Assembly: GCA_963733095.1 (NCBI GenBank)
Contig: CAVTBV010000013.1
Coordinates: 32,001 to 96,000 of the forward strand
Direction of reading: 5' to 3'
Length of the DNA stretch: 64,000 bases
Source of the DNA: Candidatus Bathyarchaeota archaeon
GTDB lineage: Archaea; Thermoproteota; Bathyarchaeia; Bathyarchaeales; Bathycorpusculaceae
Below the pieces are notes generated by a model. That model made no database searches and was not told where the DNA came from. It saw only the letters and a program-made list of their open reading frames with translations. Shown here piece by piece: positions 60,386-64,000 of this stretch (the first letter of the stretch is position 1; each line of letters opens with the position of its first letter). The position numbers and the translations under genes were made by a program.

Positions 60386-60804
60386 TGAAAGATAAACCTA
60401 TTGTCCCAACCGAAAAAGAGTTGAAAGAGGATTATGGAAAGGCTAATTTACGTGAAAAGCATTTTAGGATTCATCCCGATATTGACGATTTGATTAAAAA
60501 ATACTCTAAGATTCTGAGACGTTCAGAGGCAGATATAGCTAATGAAATGATGAGAATTGGCATTTTATCGTTTCAATTGAAGCACGGGTTGCGGTCTAAG
60601 TTGGCACCGTTGATGATTGGTCGGGATTCAGATTTAACTAAACAGTTGAACGACAGAGTTAATTTGATTCTGGAAAAGAAAAAAGCGGAACGTGCAAAGA
60701 AGGCAAATGACCTAAGCGATGCGTTTAGTAAAAAGATAGCTCATGGTTCAAAGGAAGACTGGGAACAGTATAATGATTATAGCGGTAACGTTGAAGAGCA
60801 TTAA
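60385..60804 (+). CDS. Possible RHH-type DNA-binding protein
   Basis: KHFRIHPDIDDLI...SEADIANEMMR. Confidence 0.5.
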   Translation: MKDKPIVPTEKELKEDYGKANLREKHFRIHPDIDDLIKKYSKILRRSEADIANEMMRIGILSFQLKHGLRSKLAPLMIGRDSDLTKQLNDRVNLILEKKKAERAKKANDLSDAFSKKIAHGSKEDWEQYNDYSGNVEEH

Positions 60805-61140
60805 TTTACTAGGTAATCTAAGATAGGGGGATTTTTAAGAGTAAAAAAACGGTTATTGTGATACATCTTTCCATGGAAAAACAGATAGAGATTGAATAGA
60901 ACAGTAATGAATAGCATGGTAAAATCCCTATGTAATAACCTATGTGTCAATGTCAATAGGGGTATGGCTGGGACTGTGGACGATGGTATTTCTTATTTAG
61001 TGAATTTATGTTCTCGGTTATTTTTGAGGTTTGCTGTTTAGTTAACAGGTCGGGGGCTACAGTATTACGTGTTTCTGGGATTTTTGTGAGTTTTTTGTCC
61101 TGCAACATTTTAAATACCTAAAGCAATAATAGGAGATTTT

Positions 61141-61818
61141 ATGAGTGAAGAGGATTCTATTTTTGACAAGCTAATGGATAGAATTATTTATGTTCTTATA
61201 ATAGTCGCTGTGATAACAGGAGTTGCTGATTATTTTCGTGATTCTTTAGGCACTTGGTTTCGTCAAAATTGGATAGGTGTTACAGTAGCGGTTGGTGTAT
61301 CTTTTCTAGTATGGTTTTTAGTTTTGATATTGCAAGTTTTCTTAGAAGGCTCAAGTGAATATGGTAAGAAAGTGAAGTTAAAGAAATCAATTATAAGAAA
61401 AAGAATTCTGAAGGAAAGACTCAAAGAACTTGAAGGTCTTGATTTGACAACAGAAGAAAAAGAGTTACAGATTAGTGAATGGGTTGAGAAGGCGTATCAT
61501 AACGAAATTTTAGGTATCTCTACATCAGCATCAACGGAGTCTAAAATAGAACCAGATGTCGAAAAAGTCCCATCTTTATCACAGAGAGAGAAAGAAATAA
61601 TGATAAACAAAGTTAGTACTCGATGCTGTTATCCGAATTGTAGGGAGTCCATCTCTTTAGAGGTACACCATATAATACCGAGAAGTGAAGGCGGAACAAA
61701 CAAAGAAAATAACTTAATTGTTTTATGCAATAATCACCATCATTTAGCAGACAGAGGCGCAATTTCAAGAGATAGATTAAAAATGTACAGCGTAGCAAAA
61801 ATGAAAGATGAATTTTGA
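61141..61818 (+). CDS. HNH endonuclease with two N-terminal TM helices
   Basis: RCC.PNC....LEVHHIIP.SEGG.N..NNLI.LC.NHH. Confidence 0.85.
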   Translation: MSEEDSIFDKLMDRIIYVLIIVAVITGVADYFRDSLGTWFRQNWIGVTVAVGVSFLVWFLVLILQVFLEGSSEYGKKVKLKKSIIRKRILKERLKELEGLDLTTEEKELQISEWVEKAYHNEILGISTSASTESKIEPDVEKVPSLSQREKEIMINKVSTRCCYPNCRESISLEVHHIIPRSEGGTNKENNLIVLCNNHHHLADRGAISRDRLKMYSVAKMKDEF

Positions 61819-61991
61819 AGTATTAGAATATTCAATTATTAAGGCATATCTGATATGATTGGATTACGTATGGGCTCTAGCAAAATAGCTAGGCAATACA
61901 TCTGAGTTAATGGGTTAATTTTTAGGACTTTTATTGGGTGGAAACTCTTATATGCTTATAGGTGTATGATTATGTTGGAAGGGATAAGAAA

Positions 61992-62303
61992 ATGGTTAAC
62001 GATTATGAATTTGAAGAAGTGGAAAATCTCCCTACAGTAAAAAGAAATAGAATTGGATTGTACACGACTCTTTTAGAACAGTTTAATGCTAGCGGTAAAT
62101 CTAAGGTTCGGTTGAATTGGAAAGGCAAAGCCGCTCTAGACACGGTGGCTGTCAGTTTAAGAAAAGCAGTTAAGATTAATCCATCGTTGAAAGTTGACGT
62201 TATGTCTGTAAGCAAAATAAATCCAGATAGCAAAAAACGAGAAGTCTGTGAAATCTATCTGTCTAAAACTGTAGAAACAGAACATAAAAAGAAGAGTAGG
62301 TGA
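61992..62303 (+). CDS. Small basic hypothetical protein directly upstream of int(N)
   Basis: 103-aa Lys-rich ORF; TATA-like CTTATATG upstream. Confidence 0.6.
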   Translation: MVNDYEFEEVENLPTVKRNRIGLYTTLLEQFNASGKSKVRLNWKGKAALDTVAVSLRKAVKINPSLKVDVMSVSKINPDSKKREVCEIYLSKTVETEHKKKSR

Positions 62304-62309
62304 GTAAAC

Positions 62310-62388
62310 ATGAAAGACTCTGCTAATAATGGTCAAACACTAAAGACGCTGTGGGTTCAAGGAATGGCGCGGGATGTGGGAATTGAAC
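62310..62388 (+). CDS. Integrase N-terminal fragment int(N)
   Basis: MKDSANNGQTLKTLWVQG-MARDVGIE enters the att in the same frame as int(C); GGTGA SD-like sequence upstream. Confidence 0.75.
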
Positions 62389-62451
62389 CCACGCGGCCTT
62401 TCGACCACAGACTTAGCAGGCCTGCCCCATACCAGGCTTGGGGAATCCCGC
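62365..62451 (-). tRNA. tRNA-Ser(GCT), CCA encoded, no intron
   Basis: GCGGGAT/ATCCCGC acceptor, CAGGC-CTGCTAA-GTCTG anticodon arm, long variable arm, GTGGG-TTCAATT-CCCAC T arm, G73. Confidence 0.96.
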
Positions 62452-62615
62452 ACGCTAGTTCAGCCAATCCATTATGCTGTATTTCAATTAAACCTTTCTG
62501 GAAATTAAAACTAGCGGATTCGACAAACATTCTTCGCCCATACTTACCATTAAATCTAAATCTGACAAGCCAAAAATAAACAGAGGACAACTACCTTGTT
62601 TTGTGTGGGAAGCAT

Positions 62616-62978
62616 ATGGCGCCTAAGAAACAATTTAAAAATATAGATGACTACCTCTCAATTTTTCCTAAAGAAGTCCAAATTATTTTAGAAGAGATGC
62701 GGCAAGAGATTCGAGCGGCTGCACCGGAAGCGGAAGAGGTGATTAGTTATCAGATGCCTGCTTTCAAACAGAAAGGCGTTTTGGTGTGGTTTGCAGCATT
62801 TAAAGATCACATCGGGTTTTTTCCAACCGCTTTAGGTGTTGAAGCGTTTAAAGAGGAATTGTCCGGTTACGAAACAAGCAAGGGAACAATCCGATTTCCC
62901 ATAGATAAGCCAATTCCACTCGATTTGGTGAAGAAGATAGTGGAGTTTCGTGTGAAGGAAAATTTGGGTAAACGCTAA
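62616..62978 (+). CDS. DUF1801/YdhG family protein
   Basis: IDDYL, P.AEE.ISY.MPAF, FAAFK.HIGF.P, SKGTIRFP..KPIP..LV. Confidence 0.85.
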   Translation: MAPKKQFKNIDDYLSIFPKEVQIILEEMRQEIRAAAPEAEEVISYQMPAFKQKGVLVWFAAFKDHIGFFPTALGVEAFKEELSGYETSKGTIRFPIDKPIPLDLVKKIVEFRVKENLGKR

Positions 62979-63111
62979 TTTATGTAAGCTAATGGAGATA
63001 GATTTTTTAGAAGGATTTGGTTTAGCTGTTTCAATATAGTTTAAAAGGTTGACCTTGTTAACTATTGTCTTGCAGGTTTTTCTGCAAAAATAATGCCGTG
63101 TTGGTGCCAGA

Positions 63112-63543
63112 ATGGGGATTAAACTTTCAAAGTCAGATATAGCGTTTGTTAAACAATTACCAGTTTGCCGACTTGCAACAGCAACCGAAGAATGCGAACC
63201 CGTCGTACGCCCAGTCTGGGCTATTTTCGATGGCGCAAACATCTACATAGCCTCTGACCCCGATACACCCAAGCTGGAGCACATCGAAGCAAACCCACAG
63301 GTGTCGCTGGTCTTTGACGATTACGACGAGAAAAACTGGTCAATTATCAAAGGCATCCGTGTGCAGGGTGAAGCAGAGATTATGTGGAATGGCAAAGAAT
63401 ACCGTTACGCCCATGACCTTCTCAAAGAAAAGTACCCTGAATATGCGAGCCCCGAAGGAAGCTGGAAAGAAGGAGACGTGCCGATAATCAAGGTTACGCC
63501 GACATCTTTTAACAAGTGGTCTTTTGGGCAATGGAAAAAATAA
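63112..63543 (+). CDS. Pyridoxamine 5'-phosphate oxidase-like (possibly F420-binding) protein
   Basis: RLAT....P.V.PVW, K...I.ANP.V.LV.D.Y, G..V.G.A, L..KYP.Y. Confidence 0.8.
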   Translation: MGIKLSKSDIAFVKQLPVCRLATATEECEPVVRPVWAIFDGANIYIASDPDTPKLEHIEANPQVSLVFDDYDEKNWSIIKGIRVQGEAEIMWNGKEYRYAHDLLKEKYPEYASPEGSWKEGDVPIIKVTPTSFNKWSFGQWKK

Positions 63544-63629
63544 TCGCGCCCAATGGTCATTCCTTTCTTTAATCAGCGCTTAGCTTAAAGACGCTTACCC
63601 AAAAAATTTTGAAGCCCAGACCAACTAAA

Positions 63630-64000
63630 CGGAATTATTCAAAACATCGGGGCCTGATGGTTTATTGATATTTGAAACGCTGCTTTCACAAAGAAGTTTG
63701 GATGTACTCGCTAATCACTTACGGAGTCGCCATCGCCTTGAAGTATTCGGTGCAGATTCCAACTATAAACCAAGTAACCAACATCTTTGGAGCTCACAGC
63801 GTTGGATTAGGATTCTACTATGGGTTGCAAACGGATAGTTTTTGAAGTCGGCTTAGCCTTCGTGGTTGCTTGGTGGGCGGTTTCGAAGGACAAACTTGAT
63901 AGGCGGGACGCAGAAGCATACGGTCCGGGTTAGCTTTTTTGGAAAACGCCGCATTCCTAAGTGCCTTGTCACTATTCAACCTGGTTACTACTATGTTATT
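63630..64000 (+). pseudogene. YhfC-like intramembrane protease remnant with several frameshifts
   Basis: AIALKYSVQIPT..GLGFYYGLQT / FEVGLAFVVA..DAEAYG / ..ENAAFLSAL in shifting frames. Confidence 0.55.

Larger units (their letters stand above)
55131..62388. mobile_element. ~7.26-kb integrated element (provirus/plasmid-like) in tRNA-Ser(GCT)
   Basis: Perfect 24-bp direct repeat at both ends, split integrase, visibly AT-rich, small co-oriented ORFs. Confidence 0.92.

Noticed and set aside
62389-62579. C-terminal part of the 89-aa ORF 62310-62579 as a real protein
   Set aside because: It is antisense tRNA and host flank read-through; only the first 26 codons are integrase-related
1-64000. CRISPR array, rRNA, IS transposase, Sec/Pyl recoding
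   Set aside because: No regularly spaced repeats, rRNA motifs, transposase ORFs or convincing in-frame TGA/TAG read-through seen

Overview
Archaeal chromosomal window, most likely Bathyarchaeia. This is inferred from GatDE, Elp3, eS30, Lsm, RIO2, a Cren7-like Zn ribbon, a PQQ-propeller surface protein and a stand-alone MtrH-like gene. Bases 1-41.6 kb are mostly housekeeping and accessory metabolism: Acr3, eS30-elp3-gatD-gatE, pyrI, an M16 peptidase, an ABC-2 exporter, MgtA, Hsp20, metY-metX-metW, a NapH-like/NosD-like/Isf/hcp redox cluster, an alpha-amylase and two tandem Amt genes. From about 41.7 kb to 62.45 kb the window is an accretion island downstream of a minus-strand tRNA-Ser(GCT) at 62365-62451. 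It ends in a ~7.26 kb integrated element flanked by a perfect 24-bp tRNA-derived repeat (55131-55154 and 62365-62388) that splits its tyrosine integrase SSV-style. That integrase has an atypical catalytic signature, and the element carries AbiV-like, membrane-anchored HNH and possible virion genes but no recognisable replicase. Three further degenerate tRNA-derived att copies (41771, 44027, 53077) share flanks in an attL/attR/attP-like pattern, suggesting a cassette array. Inside it, a three-gene module (winged-helix regulator, small beta protein, Cys-containing membrane miniprotein) occurs twice with a conserved promoter motif. All calls are from reading motifs by eye; no database search was run.
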